Assembly: GCF_009914755.1 (NCBI RefSeq)
Contig: NC_060928.1
Source: the human T2T-CHM13v2.0 reference genome, Homo sapiens
Direction: 5' to 3' (one strand)
Length of the DNA stretch: 64,000 bases
A program made the position numbers and the translations under genes. Each line of letters starts with the position of its first letter. Position 1 is the first letter of the stretch. Positions 51,083 through 64,000 of this stretch are shown piece after piece. The notes under the pieces were generated by a model. The model was given only the letters and a program-made list of their open reading frames with translations, ran no database searches and was not told where the DNA came from.

Positions 51083-54000
51083 TATTTTAATAAAAAATAA
51101 CCACAACAAAAATAAGAGCACAGTAAGTATGCACAATGTGTTGTTCAAGTCCTACATTTTTCAAGGCAGTTTGTTTGCTCTGTTTTTGTTAAATACAAAA
51201 AAACTCTCTTAGAGATGTCAATAATTTTTGAACAAATTTTTATTTTAAATTATTTTCAGAATTTTTTTAAATGCGATATTTTACCAATAATTTAAATGAA
51301 ACATTTTTACCAGTTTTTTCTACTATAGGAAAAATACATAAAAATATAGGTACATTAATTTACTTTTCTACTCACAAATGACTATCACTCTTCCCAGACA
51401 TGAATTAAAAACCTTAATATCTTCACATTGTGAAAGGATGTGTTACTCATAGACTAAATACTTGATCAACTCCCTCTTAACTTCCTCTCAAAGCAAACTG
51501 GGATTTCACCGTGATAAACTCACAATTTTTTTTTCTATATATGCCTATATGAGTGTATTACTTGCAGGCAAAAAGAAAAATAACATTAAGATGTATTCAA
51601 TTTGGGTCCAATTTGAAAAAAAAAAAAAGAAACACCTGAACAAATAGCATTACCCAATTTGCATAGTACTCTTGGAAAAGCAGCAGGGTGTCCAAGTGTG
51701 ATTAAGATTGGTCCTTAAATCACAAAATTACATCAACTCCAGGAGTTATGGTTACTTTCATCAGAAAGGTGAAAGTTGCCTGCTCAGTCAGATTACTTTC
51801 AGCAATATGCCAGCGCTTGTTGGCCATATGTTTCAAGTTGTAAGATGTCCTGTTAGAGTTATGGATGCAGTTTTGCAGTCAAGAAAATGACGGATTTCTC
51901 TCCCTTGAAGACATTAACTTTATTCCACTTTGTTCTAACACTGTGTGCAGACAATGAGAATGATATAGTAGTCCCCTGTTTCCTCAATGAATATAATTCA
52001 AGATGAGCCTACTGCTACATTCTCACACGGCTTCCTTCTGACCTTATGAATTCCAACTTATTCTCGGCCTTGTTTTCTACCAGTGTTGTCTCACTTATTC
52101 CATTATCTTATTCATTTCTCATTTATTCAATAATAATTATTATGCATGAAATGAAAAGTATTTATTATTATTGCATGGTAGTCAAACCAGTTAGCTCACA
52201 AGCAAATATTAAGTATCAAATGGATAACCAAAAAATCCAATTACTGAGCAGTCCCATAAAGAACACTTTACTCTCATAATAAAATTTCAAAAGATGCAAA
52301 TATTTTAACACCATAACTTGCATCTATATATTAATTCATAGGAAAATTCTTTATTTCTATCCCAAATGCTGTAAATGTTTGTTTCATCCAAATGTACACG
52401 ATTTTTTACATTTTAGGTTTTTCTAATTATTCATACTCAAATGTAAAAAGTACTATTTCTGTCTAGGATTTCTTGATCACAGAATCATGCCAGCACCCTA
52501 ATCTTTCTATTCTGCTTTAACATTTTTTTCTTGCATTCTACTGCAAAGTTTGCTTCTTTACTGCATGTTGATCAACACAAATATTTTTGTTCATTTTTAC
52601 TAGACAAAGTCAATAGAGATTGGAAAAAAATTTTGAGGGGTGCAAATTATAATTTATTGCAATACTTTTTCAAATTCTTTAAGTCCTTTGCCATAGACTA
52701 TATCATTCTCTATCCTGGAAGAGTTTCACTGGCTAACGTACCACTGACTCTTCCAAATCTCAAATGAACTCATTTTGGTTGGTTTATGCATTCATTGTCG
52801 AGTTTTGTTTTTCTGTAAAATGAAGGGTGAAATACTTGTGTCATATTAATTGTATTTTAAAACTGAAATATTCTAATTTCCTTCAGTGCAAGTGTTTTTC
52901 CTCTCTATTGTGATATGGAATCAGCTAAATGGCAGCAAACTATACATAAAGCAGAATTGAAATGATGACATCCTACTGGCCTCAGCCCTCCAGGATTAAC
53001 TGCTGCCCCACATTTTCACATTTCAAAGCTACGGTTGAAGACCTGATTTTGTCTATTTTTTTTATATCTTTTGTATTTTATAGAAAAACTGTCAAAATTA
53101 TGACTCTGCTTATTAAGTTTCTGTGGTTATAATTTAATGATCTTTTGTAAAGAAGGCTAGATTCTTAGGCATTTGAGTTCTTGGAAAGAGGAATAAGTCT
53201 GGAAGCAAGATGGGGAGAACAATTTTGTTGTTTTTGTTTGTTTGTTTGTTTTGTGGTACTCAGGCTGATATCATGATATTGGTTTAATATGGTGACTTCG
53301 TTAATCCTCAAAACATAGGATCACCAATTCATGGTTTTGAGAAAAGAGAACGTGGTTGTTCTCATATAAACACACCATATACCTAAGAGTTATTTTTCCC
53401 TCTGGTAACAATTTAATTTTCTTCTGAGGTTAAATATCGTCATTTAATTTATGTCTTAAAGCAGATTGGTTAATCATGTATCTGATCCTGAAACTAGTCT
53501 GAAGTTTCCAAATTTTATTTGAATCTTCCAGTCTCATTTGGAAAGATGGAGGAAGGAGGTAAGCCTTGTATCATGTGGGAAACCAAGACCCTCACAGACA
53601 TTTTCAATGATGGCTAAAGCAAGCAGAGTCAATTTCACATTCCTGTTAGGGAAGCAAAGCTGCCTACAGTGGTATATTTGGGAATTATGGCCAAATTAAG
53701 AGGAAGGGCCTTTGTAGTAAAGGAAAATCTGACTAGATTTAGTTTCAAAACTATAATGAGGGCCAGGAGTCTAGAGGGAGGTCAGTTCCAAGGAGAAGTA
53801 GTAAGTTAAATTGCAAGATTTCCATAGCCTCCTCCCTACTGTTTTAATACAGAATCCATTGCAGCTGAAACTAGAACAAAGTTTAAGCATATTTGGCCTA
53901 CTCTAAGACTCATAATCACCCTACTTTGCCTGGCACTGATAGACTGGAAGAGACATTTCCCATTCTGAAGTTCAACAATTACATACATATCTGGATTAAA

Positions 54001-56100
54001 AAGGACAGCAGTGACTACACAGAACGGCTTTCCACTGTAGCCAGCACATCAGGTTGAGAGCTGTCATCTGTCTTTGGCTCTGTCCTGCAAATTTTAAAAA
54101 ATAAATATAACTAAGGGGTTTGTTCATTCACTGGGTTAATACTGTAAGCTAAGAATTTTGTTTGAATATGCTAAGAAAGAAGAAAAGTTACAGGCATAGG
54201 GTAGTTTTATTAATATGCATCATTTAGAAGGAATTCTTGAATATATCTGTAAATTTACTCTGCTTTTAATTCGTTCCTGAGGTAAAGTAAGTGGAAACCA
54301 ATGTTTCAACAATTTTTATTTTTCTCTAATTGATGTTGGTGAGAAATAAACCTTGCAAACTTCTACTGCAAATTAGTTGCTGACACAGTGGTGACTAAAG
54401 TTGGTCTTGATTTTTAGCAAATACGAGTTTGCTTGTATTTGCTATAAAAATGTTTATAAAAATATAAAGCCAATAATTGTTCATGTGAGATAGTCAAACA
54501 GTACAGAAGTATATACAATGTTAATAAACATTCCATTTCTTTCCTATTGTCTTCACATGACTCCTAGTCATATAACCCAAAAGTGGCCATTTTTAGCAGT
54601 TCCTGACGTGTTCTTCCAGATATTTGTTATGCATGTGCAACGTTTATGGGGATATTCTTTTTATTTAAAAAATAAAATTAAAAGCAATACTTTGAACTTT
54701 CTTTCTCAATAATATTCAGAATTATAGATATGTATATGCTTCCATTAAACAGATTTATCAACTCAAAGGCTTTCATTTATTTATGGCTACATCAGAAAGC
54801 AATATAAGAAACTCACAAATTTAGTTAAAATATGGATATTTTCCATTTTTAAGATTATCTATTTTTTTAAGAAAATGATAAATAAGTTGAAGGGTAAATA
54901 AAAGAAGGAAACAGGAACTTCTGGCCCACAAAATCAAAGAATAAAACATAAAAACCCACCTTTTCTCCCAAAATACAAGTATATATAATAGCAAATGTGG
55001 AAACACATATCAACATGGAATAATAAATTTTAAAAAGAAATACTATTTTTACTGTAGTTGAAAAACTGTTAAATAGAGACCTTGGTAAAAATTAAGTGAA
55101 GAAAAGCTAATGACTCCATTGGTCTGATTCTCTTAAGTACACAAGTTACTCTCCAGAATTTAAGTGTCATGACAGGAGCATAAACTCAGTATCCTACAGC
55201 TGCAACATAGTCTCAGGAGTGAAATTTACACACAGAATTTCTGGCTCATGATCAAGAAAACTTTTATCCCAATAAATCAAAAAAATTGTAGTGCTAGAAG
55301 GGACAATGGATTTCCCAAAAGAGATGTAGTCCATTTCTCTATATCCATAGATTCCATACCTTCCAGGGGCAGTTACCTTCCTTGCTTTTAAAAATTGTTG
55401 CAATATGATTAAAAATCATTCTTCAATATTTTTGTGTGATGTAGCCTGTGGCCTTACACCGTTATGGTTAGAGACACAATGGTTTTCCACAGGTCTAATT
55501 GCAAATTATTTCAGCTATAATTCGGTCAATCCGACCTCTGTTGTTAAAGAGAAAATATTGAACACAATCTTGCACTTCATTTAGTCTGAGAAGAATATTC
55601 ACATGTGTCAGTCTGGAATATTCCCTAGAGAAATATTATTTCCAGTTTACCATAGTGCTTCTAAAATCTCAGCAACAGCTTTGTGAAAAAAATCAGCATT
55701 ATTTGCATGTGTTGCACGCAGCTTTGTGAAATCACAGTTTTGATCGTTGTTCTAGAATCTCTTACATAGCAGGAAGCAGGAGAGAGTATACAAAATGAGA
55801 GATCTCATCCCTGCTGGAGATCTGTTTACTCTGTGGTGGATAAGAGATAAAAGTCATTTTGAAATGTTTGCTGTGGCCACAGAATAAATAGGTTTCAAAT
55901 AAAATGAAACATCTGAAGGGCCTTCATCCTGATTAGTCTAGATCAGTTGGTCCTAAAACAAAAATGCTACACAAGGTCCTTAAAGAAAGTAGCCAAAAGA
56001 GCCCCAGGAGAAACAGGGTACAGTATGATAAATGTGTGTTCCACTAAAGGAAATACGTTGCAAAACAGAGTTATAAGTGAGCTAGAGCCTAGAGGGGGAA

Positions 56101-56104
56101 ACAC

Positions 56105-56135
<31 letters not shown>
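56101..56135. repeat. (CA)n microsatellite with one interruption
   Basis: ACACACACGCACACACAC... run. Confidence 0.98.
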
Positions 56136-59100
56136 AAGTGAAGTATTCATGGGTTGATTTCAGGGAATTCAAATAAATAAACTTTTATGTGAAGTTGTAA
56201 ATGATCCATATGAAGGGCCAGGGAAATGGAAAGAATGATCAAAGACCAAAAAATAAGAAAGAAAAAAGGAAAAGTACATAGAATATTAACCTTGCAGAAA
56301 AAGCCTGCTTGATTCAAGAACACATGAAAACAATCTAGAAAGTAAAGGAACAAAATGAAATGGGAAATACAAAAGGCATTGAGATAGAGGATAAAGGTTT
56401 TACAGATAAATAAAGCAGTAATAAGCTCATGAGAGCCATTGTACTTCTTGAGGAACCAAAGGCAACTGGTTAATGGAAGACGAGGATAGGGGAAGTGTTA
56501 CTCCCTTTGCTCCATTAGAAAAAGAGAAGAAAACATCCAGAAAACAAACTCATTTTTTTCCAAAGGTAATTAGGTACTGAAAAAAAAAAGAATTATAAGT
56601 AGCTCACAAATATGGTAGAAAAATCATTCTTAAGTCAACGAAAGTAGAAATCTAAAGGGACTGTTAGTGATAAAAGAAGAAATAAACATTTGCATCCATT
56701 TATTAGTACAGAAAAATAAAATGTACAGGAAAAGTATATTTTATATGGGTGAGTAGTTGTTTTCTTGCTATCAGATATAATATTTTCAAGTACAGCATGA
56801 GATAGTTGTAACCAAATAAATGATAATTTCCCTTCTGTTTAAAATAAATGAAAATAAAGAAAAGACTGATGAAAACATGTTATTGATATAAGTAATGTGA
56901 AAAAACACATAAAATTATCAACATAACTCCTATTGAGATATCATGGAACCATGCTTACCAAATATCTTTGTTAACTGCTGGCTGAACTTTATTTCTAAAA
57001 TACTGAATTATTTAGAAAATTTCTATAAAATATCCAAATAGTTTTTGTTCCTTAATGTACCAATTTAAGTGCATTACAAATGAATGTAAAGGAAGTCAAT
57101 ATTGTAAGTCAATATGATGAGATATATAAAATATATGCACTTTTATTCATTACGTTTCATATCTGTCATTTGCATTCAGATGACCAGAAAGCATTTACAT
57201 AGTTAATCCCAAACAGCAATTGCAAAATTCAGAATATGCAGTTTATATGCATGCTTTCTTAGTCTACATTTTCATATCCCATAATAATTTTCAGTATCGA
57301 ATGGCATTTTTTCCCCATTTTAGAGGAATTGTCAACATGGAATCCAGTGTTACGCATGACCCTATACTTGATCCAAGGCATTGAACCCAGACATGTAAGG
57401 TTGTTTCTATAACTCTATTTATTCACCAGAAGCAAGAAAGGGAAAGAAGTTTAAGTTTTCAAGTTTTTGCAACTTTTTATAATCAAAAGTAATGTATTTC
57501 CTCATTATTACACCATGTAAGTCCAAGAAAGATTTATTATATAGTATTCTGATATTTTAAAAGTATAACTTCAATGATAGCATGAAAATACTGCAGACAT
57601 ATAACAGAGTTAACAGAAAACTTGGGGAAATAACCTTAATATATTCTTCAGAGAGTTAGTTCAAATATCTGTAGAACATTATTCAAAAGAGTGGTTCTTT
57701 AATGATAAGTTCTACAAGCTATGCAGAAAATGCTTTCAATTGTGGAATGATGGTAATAGAAACACAGATATCAGGACACCAACCCTTTCATCTCTTGGCT
57801 GTGACTCATTTCACTAATGCTCTGAAGTGTTGTATTCAAAGAGAGGACCTCTGTTGACCATTCAGTCTTAAATTATTTCCCATCAGTAAGTGCCATATTA
57901 AGGTAATACAATTTATACAATCTACACTGTGGCACAGTGTTGATTTTAAACTGATTCAACTGTATAATGCATGTATTACCATCAAAGTAAATATTCCAGA
58001 ATGGATAGACTAATACAATGCAATATTATGTTGATATAATTAACAATGTAAACAATTTACCCTGCAATGTCTTGCCATGCAGCTAGCAGATTCTGAAGAC
58101 ATAAACTGATCATCTTCTGTGACGGTCAATGAGCATCTGACTTCTGCCAAATATAGTATTAATTACCATGCCAAAGTGTCGCATAGTGTCAATTCTTTAG
58201 TAATCTATTTGTCAATTAACCTACTATGAGGAATGTAAATTGCTGAGAAAGCTGCCTCTCTTTCAGTGAATGGTGTCATTCAGATTCCCCTGATTTTGCT
58301 TTGCTTTTTAATCAACAAGCTTAACTGTAGCTTGTAAATCAAATATCAAAGATGAATGGAGTTGTGGGGTATTTTGTTCTCATGTGTCGCTAGCCTCAGT
58401 CAATTTAAAAAGATGTTATATAAGGCTGCCTTTATTAAATTACTTAAGGAAAATAATAAAAGCAGCAGGGGGTTCTACTAACACTAAACATTTTTCTATA
58501 AGAAAAAAATATTTTAAAATCATGTTGAAGTGGAAAACACAATCATGTATCTCATTATGTCACTGAAAACTAAAAACATCAGAAATAATACTGTTAGCCA
58601 GGAAAGAGGGTCATAGAAAGGACCTTATTATTGCATTAAATTTTATGTAAAAGATACTTATTATAATAAGATATTTATATTATTATAAGTATTACATTAT
58701 AATAAAGGTATCTTATTAATAAGTTTTAGTACTTTCACTAGTATCTGTATTATATTTAGTTTCCAAAGACACGTATTTAACTGAACATACTATTAATTTT
58801 ATATCACTGCTACCTTTGGACTGATTCAACCCCAAGTAAGCAAAACAAAGACATCACCATAGTCATCTTTTGAAGCCCAGGCATGTTTACAGTGTGAAAG
58901 AAATACAGGATCCAAAATATCACAGGATGTGCCCAAGCCACGGTCTCCATGTAGCATAAGCCACGTTCACTGGGTACTCTGAAGAAGCCACAAAGTTGTG
59001 GACAGAAGCATATATTTCAATTCTATGAAATAAATTCTAAAGAATTTCTGTGCTATTTCTGAAATTAAAATAAACTTTTTCTCAAATGGGAAAATCTTTT

Positions 59101-59162
59101 ATTGCCTTTGACATCCAAAGGCTAAGTTTAATATTTTGCCTACTATGCTTAGCATAAAAAAT

Positions 59163-59467
59163 ATCCGAGTGTGGTGACAGACGCCTATAATCCCAACACT
59201 CTGGGAGACCGAGGCAGGAGGATAGCGTGAGGCCAGGTGTTAGGGACCAGCCTGAAGAACACAGCAAGACTCTGTCACTACAAAAAATTAAATAATTAGC
59301 TGGGTGTGGTGGTGCATGCCTGAAATCCTAGCTACTTGGGAGGCTGAGGTGGGAAGATCACTTGAGCCTGGAAAGTCGTGGTGGCAGTGAGCTATGATTG
59401 TGCCACTGCACGCCAGCCTGGGCGACAGAGCAAGAAACTCTCAAAAACAAATGAACAAAAAAATAAA
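59163..59467 (+). mobile_element. AluJ (Jo-like)
   Basis: GAGGCAGGAGGATAGCGTGAGGCCAGG and GGGAAGATCACTTGAGCCTGG...GCAGTGAGCTATGATTGTGCCACTGCAC are J diagnostics. The A tail is degraded. Confidence 0.95.
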
Positions 59468-61319
59468 TTGATGAGTAGAAAAGACAAGATATGCTCTTAA
59501 TATGGGGGAGGACAAGAATTATATGGGAAACTCTGGTCAGATGAATACTAAAGATAAAGGTAAACAAAGACAAAGACATCACCATAGTCACATCAAGAAA
59601 GTTCAGAAAATAAATATTGCATAAACAGCCTACACTATTCGTTTTAAGCTAAATCCATAGAAAGTGCCTGGCGGCTCTAATGCTTTTCTCAAAGTTTTGT
59701 GGTTAAAAGTATTCATTTAACATAATTCCAACTTTCAATGCCAAACACAGTGAGTGACATTGTTTCCAGATGTAGCTTTTAGCAGATCATGTCTTGAGTA
59801 ATTAAGTGCAGTCGGATCTGAAAAGACTAGCAATTGAAGCAGCACAGAATACAATTTATTGCCAAACAATTCCAGACACTAGGAAAAAAGTACAATTAAA
59901 GTGCTTCAAACATCAGACTCTGTGTTTTTGAAAGCTGCAATTATTCCTTGAAGCAATAGCATCCATTTGTTTTAACACACAAGCGTGCACACATACACAC
60001 ACACACAATAAATAATAAAGTTAGTTAACTTGAAGAGATGAGGGAAGTTTATGAAAATATATCATCCCCTCTGAAATACCCTTTGTTTTATTGTTACTTT
60101 GTTTGGTTGGGCATGTATATATGATATTATTTAGGGCGGTAATTACACATATAATGGAAACTCTTTAGATGTACACTTTATTCTATCCCAGTTAGTCCTA
60201 AGGACAGACAGTTTGACTCCAAACCTGGACATCAGCTCTTAGCTCTCAGCTCTGAAGTGCTCAAAATAGTTTATGTCCATGTATAAACTGAACCATCAGA
60301 AATAGGAGCTCAATCCATTAAAATGTCAGAAGATCAAGTCCACAGTAAGGCAATGGCTAAATTTCCAAGCCCACAGCCTGCATCATTGTCAGAGTCCCAA
60401 GATTATTTAGGTAAGTTGATTTATTAACATGGCAGCCAACAAGATTTGTGTTCTTGAAGGCTGATTTATAGACTGAATTCATTGCGTTTCACAAACTGTA
60501 AATAATATCTACTTAGAAACAAAATTTCAAACAGGCCGCTTTTAAATATCAGATAACCATACAAAAGTCCCAAATGTTTTATTCTGTTGCAGGATGGATG
60601 TTAGAGCCCTAGGCAAGATCTCCTTTAACACAATATCACTGAAAGGCCTAAAATGATGAATTTTTTTAGTGTTTTATAATTGTCATTTCTCACTTTGATT
60701 TTTTTAACACAACTGACCACAACAGAAAAAATAATCATATGAAAGTTTTCTTATGCTTTATTATGAGCTTACTACATCTTATTTTTAAATTAAAGACTGA
60801 AATCAATAAACTTTGGGGAAATCTAGTTTATCAAAGCTCAAGGTAATCATTGCTAGTTATAGATGAAATGCTTTTGTTTCAACTAGACTGACATCTCTTT
60901 TCAATATTTATTTCCTCTTCAAAAGTTCTTGAAAAGGGTTACCTTTTCATTTTTTCCTGATAATCTCAGATAGGAGGATATTCCATGAGTTTTATGGACC
61001 AATCATAATCTATTGTTTTAAATAACGCTTGTATTTGAACATTTTAATATTTGTCTCCTGTATATAAAATGCAGGCTTATTCTTACTTGTCATTTGAGTA
61101 GTCATTGCCTATATATTATGACTTCAACAACAGGCAAAATATAAGAGTAGGATAACAAAAGTTATCTATTAGATTGCATTTATCAAAGCTGTGAAGAAAT
61201 TATTTAGCAGAGCTTTAATTTAAAGTAAAACTAACACTACTTTTGACAAAAAGTTGGTAGAAGAAATACGATTTGCCCTTTTTCCCTAGAATATTTTTAC
61301 TTGTCATCTAATAGCATCC

Positions 61320-61730
61320 CTGCTATTCTTGGGTCAGCACTGCACTAATGGGCATAAAACCTGAGGCCCAGTAAGCAAGATTATCCCTTGGAAAGTTATT
61401 GGTTCAAAATAAGTGTATAACCAATGCAGGCTAATAAAATTTTTCTTTGGGCCAATTACCTGAGGTACTTAATAAAATGTTTTATTTCTTCCAGGGTTAC
61501 CAGGCTGGTTGGATGTATATTTTAGGAAGTCAGAAAATTGCTATTCTGTCACGCAATCGAGTCCAGGTGAAGACAAAAATGGAACCCTATATATTATATG
61601 AGTCCCTGGATCCAAGCATACCAGAATCAAACTAATCCCTGGCTTATCTCATTATATCAATCAATAAATGTCAAATTTTTGCTACTTAGAATTGGGTTGA
61701 TTTTGCTTGTAACTGAAGAAATTTGACATA
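61320..61730 (+). mobile_element. Old MLT1 (J/K/L-like) LTR remnant
   Basis: TGAGTCCCTGGATCCAAGCATACCAGAA...CAATAAATG...GGGTTGATTTTGCTTGTAACTGAAG resembles the MLT1 3' half. The left boundary is uncertain. Confidence 0.55.
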
Positions 61731-61927
61731 TACTATGATTACACTATGTGACATCTAACCGTTAGGGCTATAGTTTGATTGAACTATTCAAAATTTCTTT
61801 TTAGTTATGTCTTGGCTGTTAACTAAGTCCTCTGAGGGATTATTTGATGGGTTTTTGGGGTAGGACGCATCATGAGATAAGAGGATTTCATTTACTCCAC
61901 AATAATTATTGATTGTTAACTTGCCTA

Positions 61928-63300
<1,373 letters not shown>

Positions 63301-63523
63301 AAATACTAGAGGAAAAGCTGGCCTCTCACACTCTGCCTAGTACCACACAATCAAGTCTTTTCCTGCCTGGGTTTCTGCTTTACTGATTTAGCAACTATCA
63401 ATCAAAAAGTGAACTCTAATGATAGAGTTTAGTTATATTTCATTGTATTTTTATAGACTCTATAATCTTTGTCTAATTAAAAGATAAGATATTTCTTATA
63501 TATAATTTCATTATGTATGTTTC

Positions 63524-64000
63524 TTTTTTTATTATTATACTTTAAGTTTTAGGGTAAATGTGCACAACGTGCAGGTTTGTTACATATGTATACATGTGCC
63601 ATGCTGGGGTGCTGAACCCAGTAACTCTTCATTTAACATTAGGTATATCTCCTAATGCTATCCCTCCACGCTCTCCCCACCCCAAAACAGGCCCTGGTGC
63701 GTGATGTTCCCCTTCCTGTGTCCATGTGTTCTCATTGTTCAATTCCCACCTATGAGTGAGAACATGTGGTGTTTGGTTTTTTGTCCTTGCGATAGTTTAC
63801 TGAGAATGATGGTTTCCAGCTTCATCCATGTTCCTACAAAGGACATGAACTCATCGTTTTTTATGGCTGCATAGTATTCCATGGTGTATATGTGCCACAT
63901 TTTCTTAATCCAGTCTATCATTGTTGGACATTTGGGTTGGTTCCAAGTCTTTGCTATTGTGAATAGTGCCGCAGTAAACATACGTGTGCATGTGTCTTTA
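63524..64000 (-). mobile_element. Young L1PA (L1PA4-like) 3' end, running off the window end
   Basis: ORF 63739..63981 MFTAALFTIAKTWNQPKCPTMIDWIKKMWHIYTMEYYAAIKNDEFMSFVGTWMKLETIILSKLSQGQKTKHHMFSLIGGN is the near-intact ORF2p C-terminus, followed by the 3' UTR and poly(A). Confidence 0.97.

Overview
AT-rich, CpG-poor primate (human-like) non-coding genomic DNA, consistent with a large intron or intergenic region. It carries primate-specific Alu (J, S, Y) and L1PA elements on a background of older mammalian repeats (L1M, L2, MIR, MaLR/ERVL LTRs, Tigger3, MADE1). I cannot support any intact host protein-coding gene, rRNA, tRNA or CRISPR array. The supplied ORFs are chance ORFs or translations of Alu, L1 ORF2 and LTR remnants. 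Repeat subfamily names come from my recollection of consensus sequences, not a database search, and boundaries of the old elements are approximate. I found no evidence of a novel biological system. The most notable structure is the 20.8-26.5 kb nest, where an old L1M hosts several things: a fold-back rearrangement with an AT minisatellite; an MLT1 LTR in which an Alu and a 5'-inverted L1 sit back-to-back on one 14-bp palindromic TTTT/AAAA site; a MADE1; and an unidentified ~225-bp A-tailed insert built from two related hairpin units. Also notable are a tiny twin-primed L1 with a perfect 14-bp TSD, an exact 21-bp direct repeat 725 bp apart, several candidate non-coding exons, and repeat-poor stretches that may hold conserved regulatory elements.
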